Below the pieces are notes generated by a model. The model was not told where the DNA came from and ran no database searches. It saw nothing but the letters and a program-made list of their open reading frames with translations. The translations under genes and the position numbers were made by a program. From the human T2T-CHM13v2.0 reference genome, Homo sapiens: a stretch of DNA of 64,000 nt. The stretch is taken from assembly GCF_009914755.1 (NCBI RefSeq), contig NC_060936.1, one strand, 5' to 3'. Of the stretch, positions 27,901 to 42,648 are shown piece by piece; position 1 is the first letter of the stretch; each line of letters begins with the position of its first letter.

Positions 27901-30900
27901 GTATGTGATGGTCTGGGAGGGACAAGGCTTTCTTTGAGGCTGGGGCAGGCAGGGGGAGCAGCTGGCATCTGGCATCCTAGCGGCATCATTCCAGAACCAG
28001 CCAGTCCTTGGGAGCCGTACCCCAGAGATGGCTCAGTGACCTGGTACTCTGGGAATTTGCCCTGCCTCCTGGGTGGGGATTGTCCAGCCACACACCTGTC
28101 CAGCTCAGTTGGTGCCACTGGAAAATGACATGGAAATGTGGTGTGGCCTTGAGCCAGGTCCCCCTCTCCAGGGTTTTGGCCCAGTTTTGGCCTGTGGCCC
28201 ATCCAAGTATCTTCTCTGTGAGATGCTGGGGAGAGAAAAGAGGGGAGTGTGGCTTCTGCCAAGGTGGGGCTGAGGGAGATTCTGGGAAGTGGAGTGGGGA
28301 GTGCTACCAAGGCCAGCCATCCCCCTCCTTAGGAGCCAGAGGCCAGTCAGGAGTGTGTGTACCCTGTGGTCAGCCTGCTTCCAGACTCGGCTGCATCCGG
28401 GGCGGAAGCCCGGACCTGAGGCCGTGGAGAGAAACCTCAGATTCACAGAGCTCCTGGGCTGGAGGGGACTTGAGTCTCCCCAGTTTCCTTACAGAGAGGG
28501 AGGTGGGGGCCGGGGGTTGGGAAGGGAGGATAGAGCATGTATATGTGTGTGTGTGTGTGTGTAGGGTGGATGGACCCAGGTCATGAGGTTTCTGATTTTT
28601 GAGGAATTCCCTGAGGGTGGGGGAGGCTGGTGTCTCTCAGACCAAGGTCTGAGGTGGGAGCAGCAGGGGCACCTGGACTCTAGTGCTGGGGTGGTGGCTG
28701 CAGAGGGAGAGACAGGCAGAGCCCAGGTGGCTCCCTGCAGGAAGGGTAGGTGAGGAAGTAGGGCCAGGAAGCTGGAAGGGGTAGGACCTAGGTGAGGAGA
28801 TCCTTGGTGGGGACAAGGAGGCACGTGTGTCTGGCTGCGCTGGAGCTGAAGGCCTGAGAGCATACAGTGAGATGGGGAGCAGATAATGCACCCTGAGGGC
28901 AGAACTCTGGGCCATGTGGAGTCCTCTTCCTGTAATCAGAAGGCAAAGGGAGCCCCTGGTGGTCCAGTAGGACCAGATGGCCCCTTCACCTGGGGCTGCT
29001 AGCCAGGCCTGCCCATGCTGTGTTCCAGAAGCTGCAGCCTGTCCAGCCAGGCTCAGGGGAGGGTCTTTGGATCCCCAGTGGTGGATTTTGGGGTGGGTGG
29101 AGGGGATAATTTGGGGAGAGACATATCCAGGAATTAGCTGGGGAAGGAGAGGTTGAGGGTCAAGATACAGGAGACCTTGCGGTTGGGGTTGACTCCTGGT
29201 CTGTCTGATCTCTACGGACATGCTGAAACAGAGAGAGAGCTGAAACAGAGAGAGAGAGGCATCTCTTTGGGGATTATAGTCCCTTTACAGCTGGCATTTA
29301 GGTGCATGCCTGCAGCAGCCTCAGGAGTGACAGCATTTGGCCACCTATCTCCTGCACAGCAAACTTCCTGTGCTTTAAAACAAGGGTGTCCTGTTCAGGG
29401 TCAGCAGAAAGAGATGCAGGGGAGGGACTGGCCCCTGGCGAGGAAGAGAGCCTCCCCTCCCCTCACCCATTGTCTTTTGGGGTGAGGGGGCAGCACGGGG
29501 AGGCTACTGGGGAGCATGGAAGGGCCTGGAAGGAGGGACAGAGATGGTGAGTCACTAGCTAAAGGCCACACGTGGAGGCTGGAGGAAGCTCGTGTCTGAG
29601 CCCCATGGGGACAGCTCTGTTGCCGGCTCTCCACAGCCTTTCCGTCTTGTCTTGGGCTTCTTGCCCAGGCCCTGCTGTCAGTACCTGCTCCCTGAGCCAG
29701 TGCCTGGCGCACACAGCCATGAGATCATGGGGCGGGGTAAATTGGCAGGCCCCCGATCTCCCCTGGAGCTGTGGCAGGTGCATGTTGGAGCTCTGGGCTT
29801 GGCGCCTCTGTAATCTCCCTCCTGGCCCCTTGCAGGGAGGTGGCTCCTCCAACCAGCCAGTTCTGCCTTTTCCACCTAAGTCCCCAGACTCCAATAAAGG
29901 TGGAACATTGGCCCAATCCATGGCATGAATTCTTGAGATTAGACTTCAAGAAGGACTTCCTACTCAACCTATGGGATGGTGGGATAAAGGTAGAGGGAGT
30001 TAAAATTAGGAACAAATATTAATAATAAGTGTATTATTCATCATCGAGGGCTTATTCTGTGCCCTGCTCTGTGCTAAGTGCTTTGCAGGTAGTTCTCATG
30101 TAATCTTTACCATAACCTTGTAGAGCACAGAAACTCAGGCGGAGCTTTCGCAGCCAGTGAGCAGAGGAGCTAGTGCTTGTGCTGAGCTTCTAGCTGTGGG
30201 ATAAATCTGGAGGGTACAGTGAGGCTGGCCACTGGAGGATCACGTGGGCTCCCAAGTGCCCATGATCCATCATTTAGCATTCAGTTGTGAATAAGACAGG
30301 GGTATGGAGGTCAAACATATAGGAAAGGTAAGAGCTGAGTTCATGTTCCAGAGGGCGAAAGTCAGGACGCAGAGGTGGGTGGGACTGTTTCTGTTTGGCA
30401 TCTCTTGAGTCAGAAAAGAAGCAAGCACATCAGAACGGCAGCAAGAGGGATCGAGGTGAGACGGCAAGACGTTCTGACTTCCAGGGCTGCATGTCATCAA
30501 CACGTGAGGGGCGTGTTTCCTGGAGAGGGAGAGCTGCTTACCAGCTCAGTCGGGAAGTGGGAGGATGGACGGCCCACGGTGGGGTCTCTGTTCAGGCTTG
30601 TGTGTGAGCACCTGTGTGTGCATCATGTGTGTGTGCCCAGATATGTGTGTCCACAGTCTTTAGTGAGGCATCTTCTGCCTCCACGGGCTCTGAGATCTCC
30701 AGCAGTGTCTGTTATTGCGAGCACAGGTCCCCCCGGAGAGGACTGTTTCCTTTGCTGATGGTCTGAAAGGTACTTTATGTTCGGATGCAGTGCTGTCTTG
30801 ATTGGGGACCATTCTTTTTCCTCAAATGTCCTCCAATTTGGCAGACCATGTATTCCAATCTGGAAAACTCCACCCTTACTTTCAGGAATTTTTCTCTGCC

Positions 30901-33900
30901 CCTTCTCTAAGGACCTCCATTCCCTTTGCCTTTCCTTGAGGATAAACGCCTTTCCTTGATATGACTCGTTCGTCCCTGCTGCGTTCCAGCTTCCACAGGA
31001 TTGGATCCACTGTAGCGAGTCCACACATGCTTAGTAGCACGGATGCAGGGGGAGAAGGGGTGCATGAATGACTGTGTGTGGCTGAGGACAGCCCTCGGGT
31101 GCTCTCTGTCAGGTGTCATGTTGGCAGCTGGCCCTGTCTGCCCTTGGTGTCCAAGCCTGTGCCCCGTGTCAGGGTCTGGGGTCAGATTCTGTGTTTCAAG
31201 ATCCAATAGCAACACACACACACAAATTCCTGGATGTCAGGGCCAGGTGGGACCCCAGAGACCACCTAGGTGCATCTATCCTTCATTGATATACAAGGCA
31301 CCCCCCAGAGAGGGAAGGGCCTTCCTTGCCCAATATCACACAGGAAGTTGAGGGGATACAGCCGGGTCTCCTGACTCCTAGTCACAGCTCTCTTCACCAT
31401 TCCACATTCTCTCCCTAATTTTGACAACCCCCTGTCCCTTCCTCTCTCTCTCTCTTTGCTGTCATCTCTGTACTTTTCTCATGCCCTCCCCTTTCAGAAC
31501 CTGCCCATTTCTCAAGGCCTATCCTGGCCCTCCTTCACTCTGGAAACTGCCTGATTCCTCTCCCCTAACTTCTTCTGCACCATTAGTGACAAGTCCTGCT
31601 AATTCTCATCCCCTAATTGTCTGTAACACAAATTAATGCTTGATTACTTGATGCTCTAATGACCTGGGCTCTAACCAGGCTCAATTGCTTTCTAGCTGCG
31701 TGACCTTGGGCTACTTACTTAACGTTCTTAGTCCTCTGTTTTGTCATCTGTAAAGTGGGGCTGGCTTTTGAGCCTGAGTAAATAGCAGAAGCCAAGACTC
31801 AGAGGGGTAAACTTCAAAAACGGCAGTGTTAAAATCTAAGGGCAGTGTTAAAATCTAAGGTGTGATGGTGGTGTGTTGGGAGCAGTGGTGAGAAGGCAGG
31901 CAGGGGTCAAACTGGGGGAGCCTCAGCTGTGGGGGGCTTATGTTATTGGTAATGGGGCTTCCATGAGGCTTTTTGGAAGGGAAGTAACAAACCCCTACCT
32001 AGAGCTTGAAGTGGGGTAGAAAGGGCACCGGCTTTGCAGCTGGCAGATCTGGATTGAAATTCCAGCTCTACCACTGACTAGCTGTGTGATGCTGCACACA
32101 TTGCTAGATCTCTCTGAGCCTCCTTTTTCAATCTATAAAATAAGGATTATACTCACCCTATGGAATTGTGGTAAGGATTAAACAAGAAAAGGTCTATTAA
32201 TTGCTTAGCTTGGAGTCTTGCACTTAGTAAGTACTTAACAAGGAGTGGCCGTGATTACTGGTGCTGTCGTCATTACCCAGCAGCGCGTGTCTGCCTCCTG
32301 ACCTGCCTCTGTCCTGGGTCTCTCTGGGCCCTGGGTGTCAGGCTCATTCCTCATTTCCCAACCTGGAAGCTTCCCAAGGGCAGGGCTCACATGCATCATC
32401 TTCTCGCTCTGGCTGTTTCAGGAAGTGATGGGAGTGGGGAAGGCTGTTGAACTGGTGATGTCACAATTTGGGGCTTCTGGGTGGTTCTGCAGAGGCCCCA
32501 AGGACCTGTAGGCAGGTGGAGAGGGGATGGGGGAGGTCTCAGGTCCTCTTGCTCACCCATCAGCTGTGTAGTGTCTGAAGTGATTAAGGAGATTGGGGAG
32601 GTTGGTGTTGACAAGATGTTAAGCCATTTCTCCCAGGGACAGTCCCTGGGGCCTCAGGCACTGTGGTGGGCCTACCACTGCTCCGGAACCCCATGGTGGG
32701 GGCAGGCCCGTCCCCCAGAGAGGGAGCATGGAGGTGGGAGCTGAGGGGAACTTGACTGACAGCTTCCCCACCCCGGCTGAGTGTCTCCTTGGCCCATGCG
32801 GATGGAGGGGGGAGCCAGACCACACTATCAATGAAATAATTAGAGCCTAATGTTAGACAGTGTTTCTTTAACACCTACTAGGGGTTCACGGGTGTGCTGG
32901 GTGCAGAGGACAATCATTTGGCAAGGTTGGCTGGGCCCCTGCCTGCAGAGAGGTTACAGTTTAGAGGAGGATTCAGACAAGCACACAGAGGATACGCACC
33001 AGGAAGGGAGGAAGCCTGGGGGCTACGGGAGCCCTGAGGGGTGCACTTGGCCTCTCTAGAATGGCCGTGTGAAGTTTTGTAAGGGTGAGACATAGCTGGC
33101 CCTGTAGGCTGAGCCAGGGACATGCAAGCAGTTGTGTGTTTGGAAAGCAGACCAGGGTGTTAAGAGGGTCGTGTGGAGGTGATGGTAGGGGGTGACAGTG
33201 GCTGGAGATGAAGCCAGAAAAGTATGCGGGGCTCTTGAATGCTGACATGAGGAGTGAGCTTTCTGTTCCAAGGGAAGCTGGGAGCTGTTGAAGAGTTTTA
33301 AGCAGGAAGGGATGTGGTCAGATGCAGGGGCTGCAGTGCTATGGGAATGGGGAGGATTGCGAGGGGTCTGCCTTTGGGTTTCATGGAGCAAGGGAGTGAT
33401 GGCAGGGGCATGCTCCTGCAGAGGGAGGAGGGGATGGGGTGTGTGGGTCTAGAGCAGGCAGTCTGAGGTGGGCCTGCCCAGGTGAGAGGGTGTGGGGACT
33501 CCATCAGGTCGGAGTTTGGAGCCCAGGGCAGGGCTGAGGGAGGGGGAAGGGTGAGGTGGAGGGCTGGACTGCAAGACCAGGCAGGGGAACCGCGGCTTCA
33601 GCTCTGCCAGCACTTCCCTTAGGCCTCCCAGGCTGGTCTGCTCCACTGGCCCTCAGAAAGACTTGTCGCCTCGCCGAGCCTCAGTGTTCTCATCTGAAGA
33701 ATAGAGTGGGCAAGGCCTTTCTCCTACACACTCAGGTGTCTGATTAGTGAACAGTCACGGTGTCTCCAACTGGGCCCTGAGTTATGGGAGAGGCAAGCCC
33801 ATGACCCACCAGGCCCCACCAAGAGCCGTGCCACAGCCTGAGGTGGGCTCTCGGTGTTGACCAGCTCTTGGAGTACTTCAGGAGGAGGTGGAGGGACTGG

Positions 33901-36512
33901 GGAGTTCTAGGAGTGTGTCCATGATAAAGAGCCGCAAACAAGATCCCAGGTCCAAGGCTGCCTCCCCTCCCCTGTGACATGGGGTGCTCTCTCAGACCCT
34001 TCCAGCTCATTGGGCTTTTGAGCCACCCCTGCGTAGTGGGACCAGGGCCCCCAGGGCTGGGAGGACAGGGAATATGGGGTTGTAGCTTAGGCGTAATGGG
34101 GTGAGGACCCCAGGACTCACCCAGCTCTGAAGGTTGCCAGATCTTTGCATCTTACTGTTCATCTTCTGCCTCTGCAGAGCCCTGAATGGGAAGAAATGGG
34201 TTCCATGTGCAGCAAGCCAGGAGAGATTTAGGCAACGAGAACCTCCAGTTCTGTCTTAGGGTTCCCAGCTTTCTCCTTGTCCTGAGGGAGCCGCTGAGCC
34301 TGTGGGAGATGAGGGGTGCCCATTCCCCAGTGCTTCTCACCCTCCCCCACCTGCCCTCCTGGGGTACCTTTGTCTGCCACTTGCATCCTATTGGAAGCTG
34401 TCCCCAAGTGCGTGTTAGGCAGGTGGCAGGTGCTGGAGCAGAGTGCACCACCCTCCGGCGATCACTGTGAGTTGGGGTAAGAGTGGGGTGTTCCTGCCAG
34501 CCCCAGGAGAGGGGAAAGCAAGCCCCCGTCCACCCTTGTGGGTCTCTGCTCCTGGAAAAGGTGCTCTAGCAGGCTCATCTGTGTGAGTCACTGTCTTCCA
34601 TGTGGGGTAAGTTGAGCCCTGCCTTTTGGATCTCAAAATCCAGGGATGCCGACATCCTGGGTCTGGAGAAGGGAGGAGGCACAGGGCAGCAGAGCCCTGG
34701 CCTGTCTTTCCTGACGGGGTATGGAGCTGGCAGGACAGGGAGGCTAGGTGGCTGGTGGTGCAGGGCGTGCCCATCCCTCTACCTCCTTCCTCACAGCCCT
34801 GCACTGCTCTGTCCCGGTCTGGCCCCTCTTCTCTCCTCACTTTTTCTTCTCTGCTTCTCTTCTCTCTCACTCCCCTCCTATCCTCAACCTTTTCGTCTCC
34901 CTCCCCGCAGTCCTTCCCTCTGCCTCCTTTATTTCTTCCTTAACCCCCTGCCCTTCCATTTCCCATCTCCTCCTCCACCCTCCAGTTCTATTCCATCCAC
35001 TTGCCCCACCACAGACCCGCCTCCCTGAGTTCAAGCTGCCCATTCTTCCTTCTTGCAGCCCCTGCCCATCTGAGCAGCAGAGTTCATCCCATACCCTGCA
35101 GGGAGTCCAGCGCCACCATGATGTCCCTCTCTTCCCTCCTTGAGGCTGGCTGGGTCCAGCCTGAGCTGTGCCACCTGCTGGCTCAGGCCAGTGGGATTGT
35201 GCCTCAGGCAGGCTCCTGCCCTTCCAAGCCAAGGGCTTGGCTGCAGACCCGACAGCGGCTCCCAGAGGTGAGGCTGGGGATTGCAGCATCCTGCCAGCTG
35301 CAGTTCCCTCCCTGCTGTACTCTCGTTCCTGATGTCCTGAAGGTCCCGCTTACAAGTCTACTGGTGGGCATGAACGTGCGAATGCTGTGTGGACACCTGG
35401 GCATAGTCTGTTGTTCATGCATGCACGTGCGCATCTGGTGTGTGTGCATGATTTGAGTGTGTACCTTCTGCCTTGAGTGAGCACCACCCCTGGGAACCGC
35501 AGTGTATGTGTGAGTGCTGAGTGCACATGACTGTGCAGGTGTGTGATGGAATTCAGGCTCCTGCAGACTTTGCATATTTGTGAGTGTGTACATTTGGGAG
35601 CATGTGCGATAGCACAAAGTCATGTGTTTCCCTGAGTGCTTGGAGAAGCTTAAGTGCCCTGCCAAGTGTGTGCTTCTCTGTGCCTGGGGACACCAGTGGG
35701 CACCGGAATAGCATGAAGCCACGTGGACATGTGTGAGGTGGGAGGGGGCTGTGGGCACTTACACAAGGCTGCTTGTAGCATGCACCTGTGTGCCCAAGAG
35801 GGACTATCTGCCTGTGTGAGTTATGTGCACATGTGTGTATTCACTGCACGTGTGAGGGATATGAGACCATATCCCTGTGGCACCATAAAGGCACATGTGA
35901 GCAGTGAGCAGGGCCTGAGGAAAGCTGTCTGTGTCTGCATGAGGAGATGCATCCTCACAGGCCCAGGGTGTGGCTGTGCTGAAAGGGGACATATTTAGTG
36001 ATTTATGAACTTTTAAGGAAAAGCCTCAGCCCCCATTCAGGCCCCAGACACAGTGACCCCCTGCCCCCACTGCCACATCACTCAGGCCTGACATCAGCCA
36101 GGCACCTGAAACCACAGGAATGAGAGGTGATCTCCTTGCTCCTGCCACCTCACCTGCTCACCCACTGCAGGGCTGATGCCAGGGGACAGCAAGGATGCCT
36201 CCCGAAGCACCTACTGGGTGCAGGAGTGTGCTGCCAAGACCATGCTGCAGTCCAGGCCAGAGACCCCTCTGCAGCCATGGAGGCCACGCTAGCCCCACCC
36301 GCTGGCTGAGAGAGGGTTGCAGGGAATAGGGATACCTGTCTCTGCCTTGGTGGACTTGGGGTGCAAGTGCCCCCTTTCCCAGGCAAGCCTGACTCCTTCA
36401 GGAGAGCTGGTGGGCTTCCCAAAGTCTGCCCTCTGGGACTGACTGGCCATGAAGCAGAGGAGAGGAAGCCGTTGATAAATGTGGGATGGAGGAATGAATG
36501 AAGAAACGGTGA

Positions 36513-36948
<436 letters not shown>

Positions 36949-38660
36949 TAAATTTTAGAAAAGAAACAGTGGTTCCCAGGGGTGGTGGTGGCTGGCCCCA
37001 GGGAGTGCACTGAGGGTGAGTGGATGGCTGTGCTCGGTGCTAAGAGATTGGCCTTTGAATTCACTTCTGCCTGATCCTCATTTTTCTCCTTTCTACGAAA
37101 GATCAGAAATCCCCTTCAAGTTAATTATACCAATGAAATTCAGAGGTGTGCCTGGTGCCTGGCACATGGTAGGTGCTCAGGAAATGACAGGTGTCTCCTT
37201 CCTGAGAGCTGACAGCTGTCCTGAGCCCCTTCCAGAGCAACCCCTGGACCAGCCATGAGTCAGCTATGGCTGGGCAGCAGGGATCCTCGAGTTCCTGTTC
37301 TGGAAGCATGAGTCAGGCCCAGGTGGGAGAGGAGGGAGGTCATACTGGGGTCAGATGCCGGACCCAGGCAGGATCAGACAGGCGCCTGGCTGCCACCTTA
37401 TCATGATGCTTGTTGCTAGTAACTGGATCTCAGAAGATAAGGCCCTGGGGCTGAATGAAGCATTCCAGCTCTGTGGGCCGAAATGTTGTTGACATGGGCT
37501 GTACGATGCGTAGATGCTTTTCAGATAGCACAGCCTGAAAAGGGCCAGCAAGCTCCCGAAGGCATTGCCTTCACAGCTGCTTTTGCCACTACTGCTGGGG
37601 GCAGAACCTCCAGCCCTAGAGCTTGCCCAGCCTGGGGACCCCATCACCTCCATGAGAGCTCCTGGATCTAGCTTGCCAGCCCAGAGCCCATCTCTGATTT
37701 CTTGAGAGCCTCTATTCTTTATCTAGATCATAGCAGTCACCAGTGAGGACCCAGATGTGCTTTCCACCAGGCTTTGGAGAACATCTGAGGAGTGGAAATT
37801 CCTATTTTAACCCTCTTTCCCACACCTCTGACTCTTGAGCAGGGGTCCATTGTCCGCTGTTGCTGCAAACTGTGACCGTTCAGTACAATGGACAGTGCTC
37901 ATGACTGGGGTGGGGTGGGGACAAGCTTCTCTGCGCTGTGCAAAAGTCAGTGTTTCAGCCACACTAGGCATGTGCCCAGTGCCCAGCTCCTTATCTCTAG
38001 GAGCCATTGTCTCACTTGTTTCTTATGGCAGATAAAGATGGCTTATCCATCTCTTAGGAACAAAGCACGCCACTTTAGACAGTCACAAACATGAACGACC
38101 TTATTTAGGAATCAGGTGCCTCAGAGAGAGCCTTTGCAGGCTGAAACATGGAGGGAAGTGGGGACTTATCTCTTTGCCCCCCAGATATGCAGAAAAAGGC
38201 AGTGCGGGAACACACACACACACAGACACACACACCTGGACAGAGAAACAAAGCATTCATTGAGCGCTTGCTGTGGACCGACCCTTATTAGGCACTGGGA
38301 GGGAGTGTATAGAAAAGTGAGTTTGCACAGCGCTTGCCTTTAGCAGCTCACAGTTGCATGGAGAAGACATGCATCAGCAAATGCTTACTGCTTTTCCATT
38401 TTTGAAATTTGTAGGACTATCCCAGGGAAAACATTGAAACTGTTAAAATATGCAAAAAGTGAAGCAGCAGCTTTGCTGTGGGGAAAAACAAACCTCAGAA
38501 ACCCTTAGTGACAGGCCACTGAACACTGGTTCCTAAGGCAGTTCTCTCCTGGTTCCACTGGCAACTGCACCAGCTGGACCCCTGCCACCCCTGCTGGGGA
38601 AACAGTGAAGGGGAAATGGCATAGAGGGCCAAGGACAACAGGTTCTGGTGACTTAGATTT

Positions 38661-38755
38661 TATATATATATATACACACACACACACATATATATATATA
38701 CACACACACACACACACGTGTATATATATGTGTATATATATGTGTTTATATATAT
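38661..38755 (+). repeat. Compound (TA)n/(CA)n microsatellite
   Basis: Alternating TA and CA blocks seen directly. Confidence 0.95.
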
Positions 38756-39194
38756 AATGTGACAATACCAGAGAGCAAAGGCACTGCTCTCTTCCTCTCC
38801 CCTCCTCCCTTCCCTAGGCTCCTCCTTCCCTGAGCCTTCAAGGCCTGATGGTAAGGTCTCGGTCCCAGTGGAGGATAGGAAAAGTCCCGGTTTGCTTCAC
38901 TTCCTATCCCAAGCCCTAGAGGCCACAGGCCACCGACCTCCTCCTGGAGTGCTTAGTGCTGAGGTTCCTCACTGGAGCCTTGGCCTGCAGCCAGCATCCA
39001 GCCCTCCCAGGCCAGCCTCGGGCCTGAACCCCTGCACATGGAGGTGTTTGTCTGCCCACGCCTGGCAGCCTGCCCCAAGACAGTCAGGATGAACAGGTTT
39101 GGCCACCTGAACTGGCTGCAGCCTTTGCCTTTAGTGAGATAAAGAAAGACTCAGAGCTTTCAGCCACAGCCAGAATGAAGTTTTGGGACTTTTT

Positions 39195-40650
39195 CTTCCC
39201 CTTTGAAATAATTTTTAACTTATGAAAAAGTTGCAAGAATAGTACAAAGGACTTTTTTTTTTCTGTATCATTTGAGAGTAAGTTGCTGGCCTGATGGCCC
39301 CTCACTCCTGAATACTTTAATGTGTATTTCCTCAAACAAGGACATTCTCACTCTCACATAACCACAACACAGCCATTAACACCAGGAATTTCATCTCAAT
39401 ACATTACTGCCATCAAGTCCTCAGACCCCATTGGTTTTTCCCAGTTATCCCGGTGATGTCCTTTAGAGCAAAATGTTCCAGTTCGGAGTCAGGGGGTTGC
39501 ATGCGGCTGTCATGTCTGGTTAGCGTTCTCGAATCTGAAATAGTTCCTCTGTCTTGATTTCCATGACCTTGACACTTGTTTTTTGTAGTACGTCCCTCAA
39601 TTGGGGTTTGTGTGATGTTTCTCCATGAATAGATTCTGATTCTGCATTTCTGGTAGGAAAATCACAGAAACCATGCTGTGTTTCTTCCTACGGCATCCTG
39701 TCAGGCCCTGCACCATCTTAATTTGTTCCATTACCGGTGATGTTAACTTTGATCGCTTGATTAAGATGGTGTCTGCCAGGCTTCTCCGAGGTAAATTACT
39801 TTTTTCCTCTTTGTAATTAAAAAGCACTTTATGGAGAGATCCTTTGAGACTATGTAAGTATCTTGATCTTCATCAAACTTCCTCCCACTAGTTTTAACAC
39901 CATTGATGTTTCTTGGCCTAATTATTACTGTGATAGTTGCCAAGTCCACTATTACTTCTGCATTTATTAGTTGGCATCTTCTGTACAGAAAAAGAAACTC
40001 TCTTCTCTACATTTATTTATTCATATTTTTATTTACATTAGTGTAGACTCAGGGATTCCTATTTTACTCTTGATTTATTTTGGCTTTATTTTATTAATTT
40101 TAATTTATTTTTGTTAATTTATTTTTGAGATAGGGTCCTGCTCTGTCACCCAGGCTGGGGTACAGCGGTGTGATCGTAGCTCACTGTAACCTTGAACTCT
40201 TGGGCTCAAGCAATCCTCCTGTCTCAGCCTCCCAAGTACCTGGGACTTCAAGTGTGCACCACCATGCCGGGCTAATTTTTTTTTTTTTTTTTTTTTAAAG
40301 ACACGGTCTTGTTACGTTGCTCAGGCTGGCCTTGAACTCTTGGCCTCAGGTGATCTTCCTGCCTTGGTGTCCCAAAGTGCTGGGATGACAGCACCTGGCC
40401 TCATTATTTATTTTGATGCTGAAAATCTCCCTGCTTGGCCAAGGGGTCACCCCTTCAGCAGGCTTCTGTGTCCTTTTGCCATACCCCCTCCATTCTTTAG
40501 GCACTCCCTTGCTTTCTAAAACAAGATGTTCCTGGCTCATCTTGTGCTTTCCCTATCCCACCCATGGCATTGGCCATCTTTCCAAGGAACAGTGGTTTCT
40601 CTTGGTGGAGAATGAGATATGGAAACCGAGATCTGGGCACTAGTTCCCCT
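39195..40650 (-). mobile_element. Old L1 (L1MC-like) 3' region, interrupted by an Alu
   Basis: AT-rich; ttgaaataatttt...aagttgcaagaatagtacaaag and aaacaaggacattctc resemble L1MC 3' ends; boundaries approximate. Confidence 0.6.
40085..40400 (-). mobile_element. AluJ element
   Basis: Diverged reverse Alu with long central T run. Confidence 0.88.
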
Positions 40651-40927
40651 CATTGCTTTTGAGAGTCGTTCAGTTTGTCAGTGATTCTTGGACTGGAATC
40701 AGGGGAAGGATGTTTCCTTTAAGCTTTAATATTCGAAACCAGCAACTCTAAGTCTTGTTTGGGTGGTGGGCAACATGGAAATAATGAGACCTTTAATGAA
40801 AAAATATAATCTATTGATTGAATAAACAATGTTCTACAGGAAATAAAATCATCAGTGGAGTTAGCAAATACATGTGCATATCTGTATATGTGTTTATGTA
40901 AATATACATCTACACAATTTAAATCTG

Positions 40928-40979
<52 letters not shown>

Positions 40980-41044
40980 ATCTACCATCTATCTATCTAT
41001 CCATCATCTATCTATCTATCCATCTATCTGTCTATCTGCCTATC
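40928..41044 (+). repeat. (TATC)13 tetranucleotide STR with degenerate tail
   Basis: Pure run 40928-40979, then interrupted units. Confidence 0.95.
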
Positions 41045-41430
41045 TTGAAGGCCTTGAGTCCACACTGAAAACTCCAATACCAAACCCATGATCACATGGT
41101 TCATTCAGTTCCTCCCTTTCCATACTTATAAATCCTTTCTCCCTTAGTGAGAAGTGTGTCTTCCATCATACCTGTGTGTATAATCAGTCTGTCTGTGTAG
41201 CCACCACTGCCAGCACAGGTGCCCTTGTCTGTACTGGGACAAAAACCCTCCCAGCTGCTGCCCTGGCACAATGTCTGCCTTCCTGGACCCAACTAATAGC
41301 TTTGGGACTAAATTATTTAGGAAGGCAGGCAGCTCTTTGGACATTTTGCTGACCAATGAATCATGACTTTTCCTGATCTTTGGAATGTTTTGCTTATAAC
41401 TTTTTCTTAAAAATGATATGTTTTGCCATT

Positions 41431-41724
41431 TTTTTTTTTTTGAGACAAGGTTTCACGCCTGTCACCCATGGTGGAGTGCAGTGGCACGATCTTGGCTCAC
41501 TGTAACCTCTGCCTCCCAAACTCAAATGATTCTCCTGCTTTAGCCTCCTGAGTAGCTGGGACCACAAGCTCATGCCACCATGCCCGGTTAATTTTTTTTT
41601 TCCTGTGGAGACGGGGTTTTGCTATGTTCCTCCAGGCCGGTCTCAAACTCCTGAGCTCAAGTAATCTGCCTGCCTCAGCCTCCCAAAGAGCTGGGATTAC
41701 AGGCGTGAGCCACCGTGCCTGGCC
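41431..41724 (-). mobile_element. Alu (J-like) element
   Basis: TSD tgttttgccatt at 41419-41430 and 41725-41736. Confidence 0.92.
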
Positions 41725-41789
41725 TGTTTTGCCATTATTAAAGTACCAAATTTCATGAATAACTTCTGCAAAGGAGAACCATTTATTTA

Positions 41790-42648
41790 TGCACAACACT
41801 TCTGACAGCAAATGTGTGAGTTTTCTACACAAAACAATTCTCCAGTTCTCTGCAGACACCAACTGGGTGTCCTACAATTTAATTTAGTTTGAACACTAAC
41901 TACCCAGGGTAGGGGAGAGCCTGCAGGTTAAAGTCTCAGTCCCACAAGACTGCTCCCATTTCAGATGCCAATCGCAAGTACTGGGTACTCACACCTCTGT
42001 GTAGTTTGGCCACCAATCCAGGGTTCCCACAACCCCCTCCTTAGGTTCAATAATTTAATGGCTCACAGAACTCAGAGACACTTTCTTTAGGTTTACTGGT
42101 TTATCATAGAGGAGATTATAGAAGACAGACATGAATAGTCAGATGAAGAGGAAATAGGACAAGGTCTGGAAGGGTCCTGAGTGCAGGAGCTTCTGTCCCT
42201 GTGGAGTTGCGAGGCACCGCCCTCCTGGCACATGGATGCATTCTCCAACCTGGAAGCTCTCCTACCTCATAGTTTAGGGATTTTTATGGACACTTCAACA
42301 CATAAGCATTATCAATTATTACTCAATCTTTAGCCCCACTCTCCTCCCCAGAGCGTGGGGAATGGGGCTGAAAGTTCCAAGCTTCTAATCAGACATTGAC
42401 CTTTCTTATGACCAGCCCCTATCCTGATGCTCTCCAGGAGCCCACTGGCAGTCAGCTCATTAGAACCAAAACCCCACTCCTATTGTCCAGGAAATTAGGA
42501 GCTCTGTGTCAGGAACAGGGATTGAAGACTAAATATTAGAAAAAAAGTTGCTCCTAGCACCCCTATCACTCAGGCTATTACAAGGGTTTAGGAGTTCTGT
42601 GTCAAGTGCTGGGGGCAGAGACCCAATATATATATTGAATTATGACAT
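41790..42648 (-). mobile_element. MER21-like LTR
   Basis: cccacaagactgctcccatttcagatgccaatcgcaagt and gctgaaagttccaagcttctaatc resemble the MER21 family; ends approximate. Confidence 0.6.

Noticed and set aside
27813-29221. 165-194 aa ORFs as a possible C12orf80 protein
   Set aside because: No recognisable protein features or supportable exon boundaries.
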